DNA of 64,000 bases from Vicinamibacteria bacterium (GCA_964291235.2 OZ219815.1:1088001-1152000), one strand, 5' to 3'. Positions 37,584 through 49,472 are shown, numbered from the stretch's first letter. Numbers and translations are program-made. Notes: generated from the letters alone by a model not told the origin.

Positions 37584-38591
37584 ATGCTGAGGGCGCTCTT
37601 GCTGGGGCTGGTGTCAGGTCTTCTTGCGCTACCGGCCGGGGCGGATACCCGCCCCGAGCCTGCCGAAAAGCGCAACGTGGTCAGCGAGACCACCCAGGAC
37701 GATGCCGACTCTGACACCCCGGCCTTCGATTTTGACTTCCGGCTCCGCGGGCGGTTCATCGACAACCTCTCGGAGCTCGGCGACATCACGGTCCAGCGCC
37801 TCTCCGTCTGGTCCGACTTCCGGATCGGCGACCGCATCCAGGCCCGCGCCTCCTACGACGTGGGGGAGACCCGGATCCACGACCTCTACGTGCAGTACGA
37901 CCTCGGTGGCGGAGTGCGCCTGCGGGCCGGCCGCAGCGCCCCGCTCTGGATGGCCGAGTACACCGACGCCCCCTTCGCGTTCCAGATGATCGGCGCCGCC
38001 AACGGCGCGGCGCTCACCCAGGTGCGCGAGGTCGGAGTCTTCCTCTTCGTGGACCGCGGCCCCAATAGCGGGAGGTTCCACGTGGTGCAGGGGTCCGGCT
38101 GGGCGGAGGACCCCAACGGGTTCAAGGACGTCATCGCCGGGGTGGGCCGCAGCTTCGACGCCTTCGGGGGACGCTTCAAGCTGGACGTCGGCCACTACGA
38201 GGGACGCGACGGGCCGGACGACAACCTGATCCCGCGGCGCCAGACCGCCGCCCACCTCGACGGCACGATCGGGTCCAACCGGACCTTCCGCAGCGCGGTG
38301 TACCAGCGGGACCAGAACGAGCGGCAGCACGTCGGCGGTTTCGCGCGTTTCCGCCAACGCGTCGCGCCGCGCGTCTGGACGGGAATAGAGCTCGGCGGGG
38401 AATCGAACAACGGCTCCATCGAGGATCCGAGCCACCTGAGCTACGCGCGCATCGGGGTTCGGTATGAGCTGCCCTGGACCCTGACCCACATCGAGGCCGA
38501 CTATCGCCGGCGCATCGGGGCGATCTCGGACAACGAGGTCTTCGTCAACCTCCAGTGGATCCTCGACTTCAAGAATCCGCGGCGGAACTGA
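37584..38591 (+). CDS. Putative outer-membrane beta-barrel (OprO/OprP-like porin)
   Basis: Signal peptide, amphipathic strands, DLYVQY…LRAGR, REVG; family is inferred. Confidence 0.6.
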   Translation: MLRALLLGLVSGLLALPAGADTRPEPAEKRNVVSETTQDDADSDTPAFDFDFRLRGRFIDNLSELGDITVQRLSVWSDFRIGDRIQARASYDVGETRIHDLYVQYDLGGGVRLRAGRSAPLWMAEYTDAPFAFQMIGAANGAALTQVREVGVFLFVDRGPNSGRFHVVQGSGWAEDPNGFKDVIAGVGRSFDAFGGRFKLDVGHYEGRDGPDDNLIPRRQTAAHLDGTIGSNRTFRSAVYQRDQNERQHVGGFARFRQRVAPRVWTGIELGGESNNGSIEDPSHLSYARIGVRYELPWTLTHIEADYRRRIGAISDNEVFVNLQWILDFKNPRRN

Positions 38592-40104
38592 CCAATAGCG
38601 GGGCGGCGTAGTCCCGGAAGCCGCCCGCGGCGATCAATGCGGCGACATCGCCGATGTCGCCGGAGAGCGACCGGTCCTCGGTGTAGGGGAGCGAAATACC
38701 CCGCACGGCGCCGAGCGCTTCCTCGATCGCCCCGGAACTTCGCGCGGGACGGTGGAATTCGATTCCCTGCACCGCCGCGAGCAGCTCGATGGCGACGATG
38801 TGCTCGAGGTTGTCGAGCATGTCGTGAAGCCTCCGGGCTCCGTGGGTCGCCATGCTGACGTGGTCCTCCTGGTTGGCGGAGGTGGGAATGCTGTCCACGC
38901 TGGCCGGGTGCGCGAGCCCCTTGTTCTCGGAAGTGAGCGCGGCCGCGGTGATCCCCGCCATCATGAAACCGCTGTTCAGGCCGCTGTCCTGGACGAGGAA
39001 GGCCGGCAGTCGGCTGAGATGCGGGTCCACCAGCAGTGCGGTCCGCCGCTCGGAGAGCGATCCGATCTCGGCGACGGCGAGCGCCAGGATGTCCGCCGCG
39101 AAAGCCACCGGTTCGGCGTGGAAGTTACCCCCCGAGAGGACCTCCCCCGAGTCGGGAAACACCAGGGGGTTGTCCGTCACCGCGTTCGCCTCGGTCTCGA
39201 GAAGGGTTTCGGCGTGGCGCACCAGGTCGAGGCAGGCGCCCATCACCTGGGGCTGGCAGCGGATGGAATAGGGATCCTGCACCCGGTCGCAGTCGAGGTG
39301 CGAAGCGCGGATTTCGCTGCCGCGCATCAGTTCCCGGAGGATCCGGGCCACGTCGCCCTGCCCGCGGTGACCCCGCACCTCGTGGATGCGCGGGTCGAAG
39401 GGAATATCGCTGCCCTTGATGGCGTCGGTGGACATCGCGCCGGCGACCAGCGCCGCGGCCAGGACGTTTTCGATCCGGAACACGGCAGCGAGCGCGAGCG
39501 CGGTCGAGACCTGGGTTCCGTTCAGAAGCGCCAGCCCCTCCTTGGGCGCCAGCCGCAGGGGCTCCCACCCGATGCGGCGCAGTGCTTCGGCGCCGCCCAG
39601 CGTCTCTTTACCGATCCGGGCTTCGCCCTCCCCGATCAGTACTCCGGCGAGATGGGCCAGCGGCGCCAGATCCCCCGACGCCCCGACGGAACCCTTGGCG
39701 GGAATGCGGGGACAGACGCCGTGCTCGAGGAGCCCGCCGAGCGCCTGCACGAGTTCCAGCCGGACCCCGGAATAGCCGCGGGCGAGCGCCATCATCTTCA
39801 TCAGGATGACCAGGCGGACGACGCTCTCCCCGAGGTCCTCGCCCACTCCCGCCGAGTGCGAGCGGACGATGTTCTCCTGGAGTTTCCGGAGCTCGGCCTC
39901 GCCGATCCGCACGTGGACAAGGTGGCCGCAACCGGTGTTGACGCCGTAAACGGGACCGCCGGTGGTGATCGCCCGGTCGATCGTGCCCGCCGCGGCGGCG
40001 ATCCGCTCCCGGGCGTCCGCCCCGAGGTGGACCGTGACCCGGCCCAGCCAGGCCGCCCGCAGCGTTTCGAGGGGGACCGGTGCGCCGCCGATGTCGATCC
40101 TCAT
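38569..40104 (-). CDS. hutH: Histidine ammonia-lyase
   Basis: [19 protein letters not shown] (MIO ASG), [31 protein letters not shown]. Confidence 0.95.
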   Translation of the reverse strand: MRIDIGGAPVPLETLRAAWLGRVTVHLGADARERIAAAAGTIDRAITTGGPVYGVNTGCGHLVHVRIGEAELRKLQENIVRSHSAGVGEDLGESVVRLVILMKMMALARGYSGVRLELVQALGGLLEHGVCPRIPAKGSVGASGDLAPLAHLAGVLIGEGEARIGKETLGGAEALRRIGWEPLRLAPKEGLALLNGTQVSTALALAAVFRIENVLAAALVAGAMSTDAIKGSDIPFDPRIHEVRGHRGQGDVARILRELMRGSEIRASHLDCDRVQDPYSIRCQPQVMGACLDLVRHAETLLETEANAVTDNPLVFPDSGEVLSGGNFHAEPVAFAADILALAVAEIGSLSERRTALLVDPHLSRLPAFLVQDSGLNSGFMMAGITAAALTSENKGLAHPASVDSIPTSANQEDHVSMATHGARRLHDMLDNLEHIVAIELLAAVQGIEFHRPARSSGAIEEALGAVRGISLPYTEDRSLSGDIGDVAALIAAGGFRDYAAPLLVSSAADS

Positions 40105-41777
40105 GGGTTGCCGGTTCCGGGAACCATCGGCAGGTTGAGCCCATGCTCGCGAGCGCAGGCGATGGCCTCTTCGTAGCCCGCGTCGGCATGGCGCATGACC
40201 CCCGAGGCCGGGTCGTTCCAGAGGACCCGCTCGATCCGGCGGCTGGCGGCGTCGCTGCCGTCGCAGACGATGACGAACCCCGCGTGCTGCGCGTATCCCA
40301 TCCCCACTCCGCCTCCGTGATGGATGGACACCCAGGTCGCGCCGCCCGCGGTGTTCAGCAGCGCGTTCAGGAACGCCCAGTCCGACACCGCATCGGAGCC
40401 GTCGCGCATCGCCTCGGTCTCGCGGTTCGGGCTCGCCACCGACCCGCTGTCGAGATGGTCGCGCCCGATGACGATGGGCGCTTCGAGTTCCCCCCGCCGG
40501 ACCATCTCGTTGAACGCGAGCCCCAGCCGGTGACGCTGGCCGAGCCCAACCCAGCAGATGCGCGCCGGCAGTCCCTGGAACCGGATCTGCTCGCGCGCCG
40601 CGTCGAGCCAGTTGTGGAGATGGGGGTCGTCCGGGATCAGTTCCTTGACCCGGGCATCGGTCCGGTAGATGTCTTCGGGGTTTCCGGAGAGCGCCACCCA
40701 GCGGAACGGTCCCACCCCGCGGCAGAACAGGGGACGCACATAGGCGGGCACGAACCCCGGGAAGGCGAACGCGCGGTCCACGCCCGCGCCGAGCGCTTCC
40801 TGCCGGATGTTGTTGCCGTAGTCGAAGGTGGGCACGCCGGCGTCGTGGAAGCCGAGCATGGCGCGGACGTGGTCGGCGATGGATCGGACCGCCGCGGCCG
40901 CGACGGCGTCGGGTTCGGTGGCCCGGCGCGCCTGCCATTCCTCGACGCTCCAGCCGATCGGCAGGTACCCGTTCGCGGGGTCGTGCGCCGAGGTCTGGTC
41001 GGTCAGGGCGTCGGGACGGACGCCGCAGGCGAGGAGTTCGGGAAGGATCTCGGCGGCGTTGCCGAGCAGGCCCACGGTCATCGGCGTGCGGGCCCGAACC
41101 GATCCCTCGATCAGGGAAAGGGCCTCATCCACCGTCGCCGCCCGGGTGTCGAGGTATCCCGACGCGAGCCGCCGTTCGATCCGGTCGGCCTGGCACTCGA
41201 TCGCCAGGAGCGAGGCGCCCGCCATCTTCGCCGCCAGCGGCTGGGCGCCGCCCATTCCGCCCAGTCCGGCGGTCAGGATCCAGCGCCCGGAAAGGTCGCC
41301 GCCGTAGTGCTGGCGGCCCATCTCCACGAATGTCTCGTAGGTGCCCTGGACGATGCCCTGACTGCCGATGTAGATCCACGAACCGGCCGTCATCTGGCCG
41401 AACATCATCAGGCCCTTGCGGTCGAGTTCGCGGAAGTGCTCCCAGTTCGCCCAGGCCGGAACGAGGTTGGAGTTGGCGATGAGCACTCGCGGCGCCTCGG
41501 AATGGGTCCGGAAGACCCCGACCGGCTTTCCGGACTGGACGACCAGCGTTTCGTCCGCCTCGAGGTCCCGGAGCGCCGCGACGATCGCTTCGTAAGCCTC
41601 CCAGTTCCGGGCCGCCTTGCCGATCCCTCCGTAAACCACGAGGTCCTCCGGCCGCTCCGCGACCTCCGGATCGAGGTTGTTCATCAGCATCCGCAGCGGC
41701 GCCTCGGTGAGCCAGCTCTTCGCGGAGATGAGGGGGCCGGTGGGGGCCTTGATGGTTGGGGTCCGGACGGTTCTCAT
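40101..41777 (-). CDS. hutU: Urocanate hydratase
   Basis: [47 protein letters not shown]. Confidence 0.97.
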   Translation of the reverse strand: MRTVRTPTIKAPTGPLISAKSWLTEAPLRMLMNNLDPEVAERPEDLVVYGGIGKAARNWEAYEAIVAALRDLEADETLVVQSGKPVGVFRTHSEAPRVLIANSNLVPAWANWEHFRELDRKGLMMFGQMTAGSWIYIGSQGIVQGTYETFVEMGRQHYGGDLSGRWILTAGLGGMGGAQPLAAKMAGASLLAIECQADRIERRLASGYLDTRAATVDEALSLIEGSVRARTPMTVGLLGNAAEILPELLACGVRPDALTDQTSAHDPANGYLPIGWSVEEWQARRATEPDAVAAAAVRSIADHVRAMLGFHDAGVPTFDYGNNIRQEALGAGVDRAFAFPGFVPAYVRPLFCRGVGPFRWVALSGNPEDIYRTDARVKELIPDDPHLHNWLDAAREQIRFQGLPARICWVGLGQRHRLGLAFNEMVRRGELEAPIVIGRDHLDSGSVASPNRETEAMRDGSDAVSDWAFLNALLNTAGGATWVSIHHGGGVGMGYAQHAGFVIVCDGSDAASRRIERVLWNDPASGVMRHADAGYEEAIACAREHGLNLPMVPGTGNP

Positions 41778-41797
41778 GGGGGCCTTCCCGGTGGGGG

Positions 41798-43177
41798 TCA
41801 GTGCGTGGACCGCTTCCCCAGGGTTGCGATCGCGCTCGCGAAGTCCTTGGCGGCAGCGGCGCTATCCCGGTGCCGGCCTTCCACCACCTTCCATTCACCC
41901 TGAACCATGACGCTCGTGATCGGTACCCGAACGCCCGAGAATACCAGCGCGTCCAGCAGGGTAGTGGGGCCGTGTCCGACCAGCATCGGGTCCTCCGGAT
42001 CGAGCACCACGAGGTCGGCGGGCGCCCCGCGGGCCAGGCCGAACGGGCCCTCTCCGCTCGCCTGGGCGCCGCCCGCGAGAACCCTCTCGAAGAGTTCGTG
42101 TCCCACGTGCGGCCGCTCGATGGAGGCTACGTTGCGGGACTCCGAGCGGAGCCGTTGCCCGTACTCGAGCCAGCGGAGTTCCTCGAACGGGTTGATGGTC
42201 GCCTGACTGTCGGAGCCGATCGCGATCCTTCCTTCCCGGCGAAGAAAACGCTCCAGCGGGAACAGGCCGTCGCCGAGATTGCCCTCGGTGCTGGGACACA
42301 GACAGACGACCGCTTCGGAAGCCGCGAGGTCACCGGTTTCTTCTTCGTCCAGATGGGTCGCGTGGACCAGGCACCAACGGCTTCCGACATCGAAGCGGTC
42401 GAGCAGCCAGCGGACCGGGCGGGCCCCGTGGGTGGCGAGGCAATCCTCGACCTCGGCCCGCTGCTCCGCGATGTGGAGATGTATCGGCGCCCCGCTCTCG
42501 GCGGCCCGGGCGGCGACCCGCCGGAGCGACGGCTCGCTGACGGCGCGCAGGCTGTGCGCGCCGATCCCGACGCTGATTCCTTCGGAGGCCGAAGCGGCGG
42601 CACGCTCCTGATGGGCCAGATAGCTCTCCACGTCCATCGCGAACCGGCGCTGCCGCCGCTCGGGAGCCGGACGATCGAACCCGGCCCGCTCGTAGAGCAC
42701 CGGGACATAGATGAGCCGGATACCGCTCTCCCGGGCCGCCTGGCAGAGCGCCCGGAACATGGTGTCTCCGTCTCCGTTTCCCGCGCGGTCGCGGAACAGG
42801 TAGTGGAACTCGACAACGGAGGTGTAACCGGCCGCGAGCATTTCCCCATACGCCTGCCGGGCGACGGCGGTGAGGACGGCGGCATCGAGCCTGCCGGTGA
42901 GCTGGTACATGCGCTCGCGCCAGGTCCAGAACGAGTCGCGCCCGGCAGCCGAGCGATGTTCGGTCCGCCCGGCCAGCGCCCGCTGAAAGGCGTGGCTGTG
43001 GGCGTTCGTGAGACCGGGGATCACGATCCCGGCTTCCACGTCCGGGGGCGCGGATGACGGCTCGCCAAACGAGATATCCGCGAACCTTCCCTCGCGAATG
43101 ACGAGCGTGACGCCGTCCGCCCACCCCGAGTTCAAGAGCGCGCGACGCGCCAGAATCCGAATCACTGCTTCGGCCAC
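41798..43177 (-). CDS. hutF: Formimidoylglutamate deiminase
   Basis: [49 protein letters not shown]; start 43177 or 43165. Confidence 0.93.
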   Translation of the reverse strand: MAEAVIRILARRALLNSGWADGVTLVIREGRFADISFGEPSSAPPDVEAGIVIPGLTNAHSHAFQRALAGRTEHRSAAGRDSFWTWRERMYQLTGRLDAAVLTAVARQAYGEMLAAGYTSVVEFHYLFRDRAGNGDGDTMFRALCQAARESGIRLIYVPVLYERAGFDRPAPERRQRRFAMDVESYLAHQERAAASASEGISVGIGAHSLRAVSEPSLRRVAARAAESGAPIHLHIAEQRAEVEDCLATHGARPVRWLLDRFDVGSRWCLVHATHLDEEETGDLAASEAVVCLCPSTEGNLGDGLFPLERFLRREGRIAIGSDSQATINPFEELRWLEYGQRLRSESRNVASIERPHVGHELFERVLAGGAQASGEGPFGLARGAPADLVVLDPEDPMLVGHGPTTLLDALVFSGVRVPITSVMVQGEWKVVEGRHRDSAAAAKDFASAIATLGKRSTH

Positions 43178-43210
43178 ACGGTATTGTCGAACCGCCCTCC
43201 ATCGCAAACC

Positions 43211-44431
43211 ATGAGTCCCTGGGATCTGCTGCTGACCGACGCCCGCATCGCGACCATGCGGGCGGACGCATCGACTGCCTACGGCGCGATCGAAGGTGGA
43301 GCGCTCGCGATTCAGAACGGGGAGATCGCGTGGGTCGGAGACAGATCGGACCTTCCCTCGTACCAGGCTCGGGAGACCCGTTCCCTCGAGGGACGCTGGA
43401 TCACCCCCGCCCTCATCGATTGTCACACCCACGCGGTCTTCGGCGGGGACCGTGGCGCCGAGTTCGAGGCGCGGCTCGAAGGCGTGACCTACGAGGAACT
43501 CGCCGCTGCCGGCGGCGGGATCATGGCGACGGTCCGCGCCACCCGGGCCGCCTCGGCGGGGGAGCTCTTGCGGGGGGCGCTCGACCGCCTCGAAGCGATG
43601 GCCGGAGAGGGGACGGCCACCGTCGAGATCAAGTCGGGGTACGGGCTTGACCTCGAAACCGAGATCCGGATGCTGGAGGTGGCGCGCCGTCTGGACGACG
43701 TTTCCGGGTTGTCGGTCCGGACCTCGCTCCTGGCCGCCCATGCCGTGCCGCCCGAGTTCGAGGGCCGGCCGGACGACTACCTGGCCTTCGTCGCCGCCGA
43801 ACTGCTACCCGAGGTCACGCGCCGGGGGCTCGTGGACGCGGTGGACGCCTTCTGCGAACGGATCGCGTTCAGCGCCGCGCAGCTCGTCAGCTTCCTCGAA
43901 CGCGCCCGGGAGTTGGGCCTGCCGATCAAGCTGCACGCCGATCAGCTCACCGATGCGGGGGGCGCGGAACTCGCCGCGCGTTTCGGGGCGCTCTCCGCCG
44001 ACCACCTCGAATACACGCCGGAGGCGGGAATCGAGGCGCTGGCGCGGGCCGGAACGGTAGCCGTGCTGTTGCCCGGCGCCTGGCTGACCCTGGACGAGAG
44101 CCGGCGTCCCCCGGTTGCGGAGCTGCGGCGCCACTCGGTGCCGATGGCGATCGCCACGGATTGCAACCCGGGCACCTCCTCGCTGTGCTCGCTCCCGGAG
44201 GCGATGGCGCTCGGGAGCCGCCTCTTCGGGTTGACGCCCGAGGAATGTCTCGCCGGCGTTACCCGCCACGCCGCGGCCGCGCTGGGACTTCAGGGCGATC
44301 GCGGAACGCTGGAAGTCGGGAAACGGGCCGACGTTGCGGTGTGGGACATCAGCCACCCGCGCGATCTGAGCTATTGGCTCGGCCGCCGGCAGCTCGCCGG
44401 GCTGCTGGTCGCTGGACAGGATCACCCTTAG
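43211..44431 (+). CDS. hutI: Imidazolonepropionase
   Basis: DCHTH, GGGIMATV, EIKSGYGL, HADQL, SADHLE, TDCNPG. Confidence 0.95.
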   Translation: MSPWDLLLTDARIATMRADASTAYGAIEGGALAIQNGEIAWVGDRSDLPSYQARETRSLEGRWITPALIDCHTHAVFGGDRGAEFEARLEGVTYEELAAAGGGIMATVRATRAASAGELLRGALDRLEAMAGEGTATVEIKSGYGLDLETEIRMLEVARRLDDVSGLSVRTSLLAAHAVPPEFEGRPDDYLAFVAAELLPEVTRRGLVDAVDAFCERIAFSAAQLVSFLERARELGLPIKLHADQLTDAGGAELAARFGALSADHLEYTPEAGIEALARAGTVAVLLPGAWLTLDESRRPPVAELRRHSVPMAIATDCNPGTSSLCSLPEAMALGSRLFGLTPEECLAGVTRHAAAALGLQGDRGTLEVGKRADVAVWDISHPRDLSYWLGRRQLAGLLVAGQDHP

Positions 44432-44571
44432 GCATGTACTTGGCCCGATTCGGGGCCGCAACCGTCAGAATCCGCACCCCGACCGAACCTTTCCACCCGT
44501 TCGGTCGTTCCGGAAGCAGCGGCGCCGTCCGCGCTCAAATCACGATCCTCGACAAAGGAGCAGGAGACCCC

Positions 44572-45066
44572 ATGGCCAAGGCCAAGCACTTCATCCCGGA
44601 CCGCGCGAACGCGGTCACCCCCTATCTCGTCGTCAGTGACGGACAGCGCGCGCTCGCGTGGTACCAGAACGTGCTCGGCGCGACCGTGGACTCCTCGATG
44701 GAGGGCCAGGACGGTGCGGTGATGCACGCCGAACTCCGTTTCGGGGAGAGTCAGATCTACATGGCCCAGGAGTTCCCGGGGCCTCCGGCTGAGGCCGGCT
44801 TCGTGTCCCCGGACACGCTGGGGGGCACCAGCACCACGATCCATCTCTACGTGCCCGACGTGAACGCCGTGCACGCGAAGGCGGTTGCGGAGGGCGCCCG
44901 CGAGATCCGGCCTCCCGGGGACCAGTTCTGGGGAGACCGCATGTCGAACATCGTGGATCCCTTCGGGCATCGCTGGAGCCTTGCGACCCACATCGAGGAC
45001 CTCACCGAGGAAGAGCTCGAAGCGCGGGCGCGGGCCGCGGCCGCGGAATTCGAAGCGCAGACGTAG
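44572..45066 (+). CDS. VOC/glyoxalase family protein (PhnB-like)
   Basis: VTPYLVV, HAELRFG, DQFWGDR, DPFGHRW; AGGAG RBS. Confidence 0.9.
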   Translation: MAKAKHFIPDRANAVTPYLVVSDGQRALAWYQNVLGATVDSSMEGQDGAVMHAELRFGESQIYMAQEFPGPPAEAGFVSPDTLGGTSTTIHLYVPDVNAVHAKAVAEGAREIRPPGDQFWGDRMSNIVDPFGHRWSLATHIEDLTEEELEARARAAAAEFEAQT

Positions 45067-45091
45067 GAATCTCCGCCCGCGGGACCGAGGA

Positions 45092-45520
45092 GCAGGAGCG
45101 CCGGCTTCCAGCCGGCATCGCGGCCTGCGGCCGCGAAACTCCTAGCCGGTATTTCTCATACTGCCGCCGCAGAGATCGATGCAGGATGGTTCCCCTCTCG
45201 GCGGGAACCCCACTAGCCTTGACGTCGCACAGGCACGGGAACGCCGGCCTCCAGGCCGGCACAGCCCGCCGCAGGCGGGCGGCGGGACGGACCTGGCTGG
45301 CCGGACGAGAGCGGCGCATCGTTACACCAACGCATGGGAGCGCCGGCTTCCAGCCGGCATCGCGGCCTGCGGCCGCGAAACTCCCGAATCTCCTCAGCCG
45401 CACCGCGCCCGGCCAAAACGGAGACGGCGTAACGCCCGTGTGCCCTGCGCCGTGGGGCTGAGGGGCAATGCGCGTTTCGCCCGCTCCGCGGGCGATGCCA
45501 GCCTGGAGGCTGGCGCTCCT
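45092..45520. repeat. Mixed REP cluster
   Basis: Two GGAGCGCCGGCTTCCAGCCGGCATCGCGGCCTGCGGCCGCGAAACTCC copies, one long unit and one inverted copy; between convergent genes. Confidence 0.8.
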
Positions 45521-45527
45521 CGCGTTC

Positions 45528-47381
45528 CTAGAGCGTCCTGAGGAAGGCGATCAGGGCGGGAAGGTCGCCGGCGCTCACCTCGACGCCGAGCCCGGGGTGG
45601 ACCTCGAAGACCTCCCCGAGCGATTTCGCCGAGCCGTCGTGAAGGAGGGCGCGGCGGAACTTCACCCCCCGCAGCGAGGGCGGGTTGAACCGGTCGTTGC
45701 CCAGTGCGTCCGCCAGCCCCACGTTGTGCGCTCCCGGCGAGGTGTACACCGGCGCGGTGTGGCAACGGTTGCAGGTGTAGCGGTCGAACGCCTCCCGTCC
45801 GGCGGCGACCAGCGCGGTCTCTTCCGGCTCAGGGAGTTCGGGCAACTCGAGCGTGCGCAGGTAGGCCGCCAGATCGGTCACCTCGCGTTCCTCGAGTTCC
45901 CGGCCCCGGAGCGTCGTGCGGACCGACTTCTCCACCTGATCCTCGAGTTGGCGGACCTGCCCGTCCCAGGCCCACGGTTTCGTATCGGCCACTCCGAGGA
46001 GCGAGAGAACCCGTTTCGGCGCTCCGTAGTGGCCGTCGCCAAGCGTGTCGGAGAGCCGGTGGTTGGTGTGCCCCCCGACGTGGCAACTCGCGCAACTCAT
46101 CCAGCCGCGAAGCGAAAGGGTGGCGTCGTGGAACAGGAGCTCGCCACGCTTCACCGCGGTCAGGGGGGCGGCCGGCCCGAGCGGCACGCGGGCAATTTCG
46201 GTCTGCCTTTCGAGGGAGACCACCGAAACTTCATCCGAGCGGGTGTTCGCGACGTAGAGGAGCCCGTCCGCGCCGGCCGCAATCGCCGAGGGTCCGCTGC
46301 CCACCCGGGCGTGACTCATCCGCCGGGCATCCGTCCCGCCAAAGGCGAGCCGGCCGACTCCGGACAACGCGATGACCAGGTCGCCCTCCGGCGAGGCGAA
46401 CATCGCCGCCGGGTCTCCCGAGGGGGTGAGAACGTCGCCGAGATCCATGATCCGGGTGCGCCGGACCAGGCGCGGGTTCCCGGAAACCAGGTCGTCCACC
46501 GGCATCAGGCTGACGCTGTTCGTGATGAACACCCCCCAGCGGATGTCATCCGAGGTGGTGTGCATCCCGGTGTGGAGTTCCTGGTGGGCGATCCCCAGAC
46601 GTCCGTCGGGGAGAAGGGTCAGGCCTCTCAGGTTGTGACTGCTCAGTTCGGTGGCGCGCCGCAACGCGCCATCGGCAGCGGAAACGACCGCGAGGCCCCC
46701 GCCGAACGCGTCGGCCACGAGCAGCGTTTCCTCGTCAACAAACACCATCTCCTGGGGTTCGAAGGGGAGCTGGGCGGTCCAGCGCGGCGTCGTCAGCGCC
46801 TCCACCACCCCCTCCGGATCCTGGAGGTCGTGGAACCGGACCTCCCGCGGCCAGAGGCAGGAAACGACCAGCTCCGATTCGCGCGTGACCGCGCGGATCG
46901 GATACCGGCAGGTCGGGACGGCGGCCTCCACTTCGAGGAGTGGATTCGGGGTGGCGGCCGGGAAGGGGCCGGGGGCCGGCCAGAGTTCGTGCCGGGGCCG
47001 CAGCAGGAGGATTTCGTGGGCGTCGTGGTCGAGGGCGACGACCCGGCGGCTCTCGCCGGAACCGCTGCTTCCGCCCGGCAGCGGCGCCAGCGCGGTGATG
47101 TTGCGGCCGACCGGTGTTTCCCCCAGCAAGGTGAGATCGCCGGTGCGGATGACGCTGACGGTGCCCCGGCGGTTGCCGACCAGCAGCACCTCCCCCGCCG
47201 GGGTCCCGGAAAGGAGCGCGATCGCCTGCGGCCGGCGCGGCCCGGCGGCCGCCCCATCGTCCGGCGCCGCCGCCGCGGAGCCTGGATGGGCGCCGCCTCC
47301 GCCGAGCCAGACGGCGCCCACCGCCAGGCCGAGAGCGACCGGCAAGGCGCCTCCCCGGCGCGCCGGGGACCGATTCCGCAT
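45528..47381 (-). CDS. YVTN/YncE-like beta-propeller protein with a C-terminal di-heme cytochrome c (peroxidase-like) domain
   Basis: Signal peptide, LYVANTRSDEVSVV, RGELLF, CASCH, WDG, CNRCH, PSLRG…LHDGS. Confidence 0.8.
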   Translation of the reverse strand: MRNRSPARRGGALPVALGLAVGAVWLGGGGAHPGSAAAAPDDGAAAGPRRPQAIALLSGTPAGEVLLVGNRRGTVSVIRTGDLTLLGETPVGRNITALAPLPGGSSGSGESRRVVALDHDAHEILLLRPRHELWPAPGPFPAATPNPLLEVEAAVPTCRYPIRAVTRESELVVSCLWPREVRFHDLQDPEGVVEALTTPRWTAQLPFEPQEMVFVDEETLLVADAFGGGLAVVSAADGALRRATELSSHNLRGLTLLPDGRLGIAHQELHTGMHTTSDDIRWGVFITNSVSLMPVDDLVSGNPRLVRRTRIMDLGDVLTPSGDPAAMFASPEGDLVIALSGVGRLAFGGTDARRMSHARVGSGPSAIAAGADGLLYVANTRSDEVSVVSLERQTEIARVPLGPAAPLTAVKRGELLFHDATLSLRGWMSCASCHVGGHTNHRLSDTLGDGHYGAPKRVLSLLGVADTKPWAWDGQVRQLEDQVEKSVRTTLRGRELEEREVTDLAAYLRTLELPELPEPEETALVAAGREAFDRYTCNRCHTAPVYTSPGAHNVGLADALGNDRFNPPSLRGVKFRRALLHDGSAKSLGEVFEVHPGLGVEVSAGDLPALIAFLRTL

Positions 47382-47517
47382 TCCCGCATTGTATGGCGGC
47401 TTCGGATGGCCTTCCACGGCGTGCCCGGGCGGCTGAGAACCCGCCTCCTTCGTGGAAACCCGGAGGCGTTTCGAGTCGCGGCGTAAGAATTGCCGCCGGA
47501 CGAGCGAGGGGGATTTG

Positions 47518-48558
47518 ATGTTTCTCAGGAATGCCTGGTACGTCGCCGCCTGGAGCAGCGAGATCGACCGGCGGCTCCAACAGATCCGGGTGCTGGGCGA
47601 GAGGATCTGCATGTTCCGCTCCGACGCGGGCGGGGTCGTGGCGCTCGAAGACGCTTGCCCGCACCGAAAGCTGCCGTTGTCCAAAGGCCGGATCAAGGAC
47701 GGCAATCTGGAATGCGGCTATCACGGCCTGACCTTCGACTGTTCCGGCCAATGCGTCTGGGCGCCGGGGACCGGGGGCATTCCACGGGGCGCCCGGGTGC
47801 GCCGCTACCCGGTGCACGAGAAGTACGGTCTCGCCTGGATCTGGATGGGAGACGCCGCAGCGGCCGATCCGGACGAGATCCTTCCCATTCCCAACTACGA
47901 CGATCCGGATTGGGGAATCAACCGGGGCGCGGCGCTGGAGCTGAAGTGCAACTACCTGTTCGTGTGCGACAACCTGCTGGACCCGACCCATGTCGCCTGG
48001 GTGCACCAATCATCCTTCGGCCAGGACGCGGTGAGGGATGCTCCCCTGCAGGTAACCCAGACGGAGGACGGCATCGTGGTGCACCGCTGGATGATGGATG
48101 TTGAGCCGGCTCCTTTCTACAAGAAGATCGTTGCGTTCGACGGCAATTGCGACCGGCTGCAGCACTATGAGGTCCGGTATCCGTCCCTCGCCCTGGCCCG
48201 CGCGGTCTTCACGCCGGCCGGCACCGGCGGGCCGGACGGGCCGCTGGACGAGAGCACCTTCATCATGGACAGCTACAACTTCATGACCCCGGTCAGCGAG
48301 ACGGAGACCCGCTACTACTGGTTCCAGCTTCGCAATGTCCGGCCCGGCGACGAGGACCTGAGCCGGATGATGAGCGAGGACGTCCGGGACGCCTTCGAGG
48401 AGGATCGCGCCGTCCTCAACGAGGTGCAGATCGGCATGGATACGAGCACTTCACCGCCCATCAACCTGTCCATCGATGGCGGACCGCTGCGTTTCCGGCG
48501 TCAGTTGGAAACGATGATCGCGCGGGAAGCGACCGCCGCTGCCGGGACCGGCGCCTGA
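47518..48558 (+). CDS. Rieske non-heme iron oxygenase alpha subunit (VanA-like)
   Basis: NAWYVAAW, CPH…CGYH Rieske motif, DNLLDPTHVAWVH, FEED. Confidence 0.92.
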   Translation: MFLRNAWYVAAWSSEIDRRLQQIRVLGERICMFRSDAGGVVALEDACPHRKLPLSKGRIKDGNLECGYHGLTFDCSGQCVWAPGTGGIPRGARVRRYPVHEKYGLAWIWMGDAAAADPDEILPIPNYDDPDWGINRGAALELKCNYLFVCDNLLDPTHVAWVHQSSFGQDAVRDAPLQVTQTEDGIVVHRWMMDVEPAPFYKKIVAFDGNCDRLQHYEVRYPSLALARAVFTPAGTGGPDGPLDESTFIMDSYNFMTPVSETETRYYWFQLRNVRPGDEDLSRMMSEDVRDAFEEDRAVLNEVQIGMDTSTSPPINLSIDGGPLRFRRQLETMIAREATAAAGTGA

Positions 48559-48686
48559 GACCGGAGCGCAGGCCCCGGCGTCCCGGGAACCAGATCGGCT
48601 TTCCCGCGTTGGTCGGAATCGTTCTGCGCGGAGGCCGGCCGGGTGGCTAGAATTCCGGGCTCTTTTTCAAACCCGAGGTACCTCGA

Positions 48687-49472
48687 ATGACCGAACCGAT
48701 CATGATCGAGGCGCGCGATCTCAGCAAGTTCTACGGCCCGTTCGTAGCCGTCGAAAGCGTGCGCTTCGCGATTCCCCGGGGCCAGATCGTGGCGTTCCTG
48801 GGGCCGAACGGCGCCGGCAAGACGACCACGATGAAGATGCTGACCGGGTTTCTTGCGCCCAGCGCCGGCAGCGCCGAGATCGCCGGCCTCGACGTCCATG
48901 AACAGCGCCTGGACGCCACTCGCCGGCTGGGCTATCTGCCGGAGAACGGCCCGCTCTACCCGGACATGACGCCGGCGGAACTGCTCCGGTTCTTTGGGGA
49001 AGCCCGCGAGATCCAGCCGTCGGCCCTGCCCGGCCGGATCAAGGAAGTGGCCGCTCTGTGCGCGATCGATGAGGTGATGGAAAAGCCCATCGGAAAGCTG
49101 TCCCGGGGATTCCGGCAGCGCGTCGGGGTAGCGCAGGCGCTCCTGCACGATCCGGAGGTCCTCATCATGGACGAGCCGACCTCGGGTCTCGACCCCAACC
49201 AGATTCGGGATTTCCGGCAGAACATCCGCCGCCTGGGCGCCGACAAGACCGTCCTCATCTCGACCCACATCCTTCGCGAAGTGGAGGCGGTGGCGGACCG
49301 GGTGCTCGTGGTGAACGGGGGCCGCCTGGTGTTTGACGGCGTGCCGTCGGACCTCGAACGGAATGGTTCGATGGAGGACACGTTCTACGAACTCACCGGC
49401 CGATCTCCGGTTTCGGAGAACGGCGCGGAGACTCCGGCGCCGACGGCGCCGGTCTCGGAAGAGGTCGCGTGA
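48687..49472 (+). CDS. ABC transporter ATP-binding protein (GldA-like)
   Basis: GPNGAGKT, LSRGFRQR, DEPTSGLDP, STH. Confidence 0.92.
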   Translation: MTEPIMIEARDLSKFYGPFVAVESVRFAIPRGQIVAFLGPNGAGKTTTMKMLTGFLAPSAGSAEIAGLDVHEQRLDATRRLGYLPENGPLYPDMTPAELLRFFGEAREIQPSALPGRIKEVAALCAIDEVMEKPIGKLSRGFRQRVGVAQALLHDPEVLIMDEPTSGLDPNQIRDFRQNIRRLGADKTVLISTHILREVEAVADRVLVVNGGRLVFDGVPSDLERNGSMEDTFYELTGRSPVSENGAETPAPTAPVSEEVA

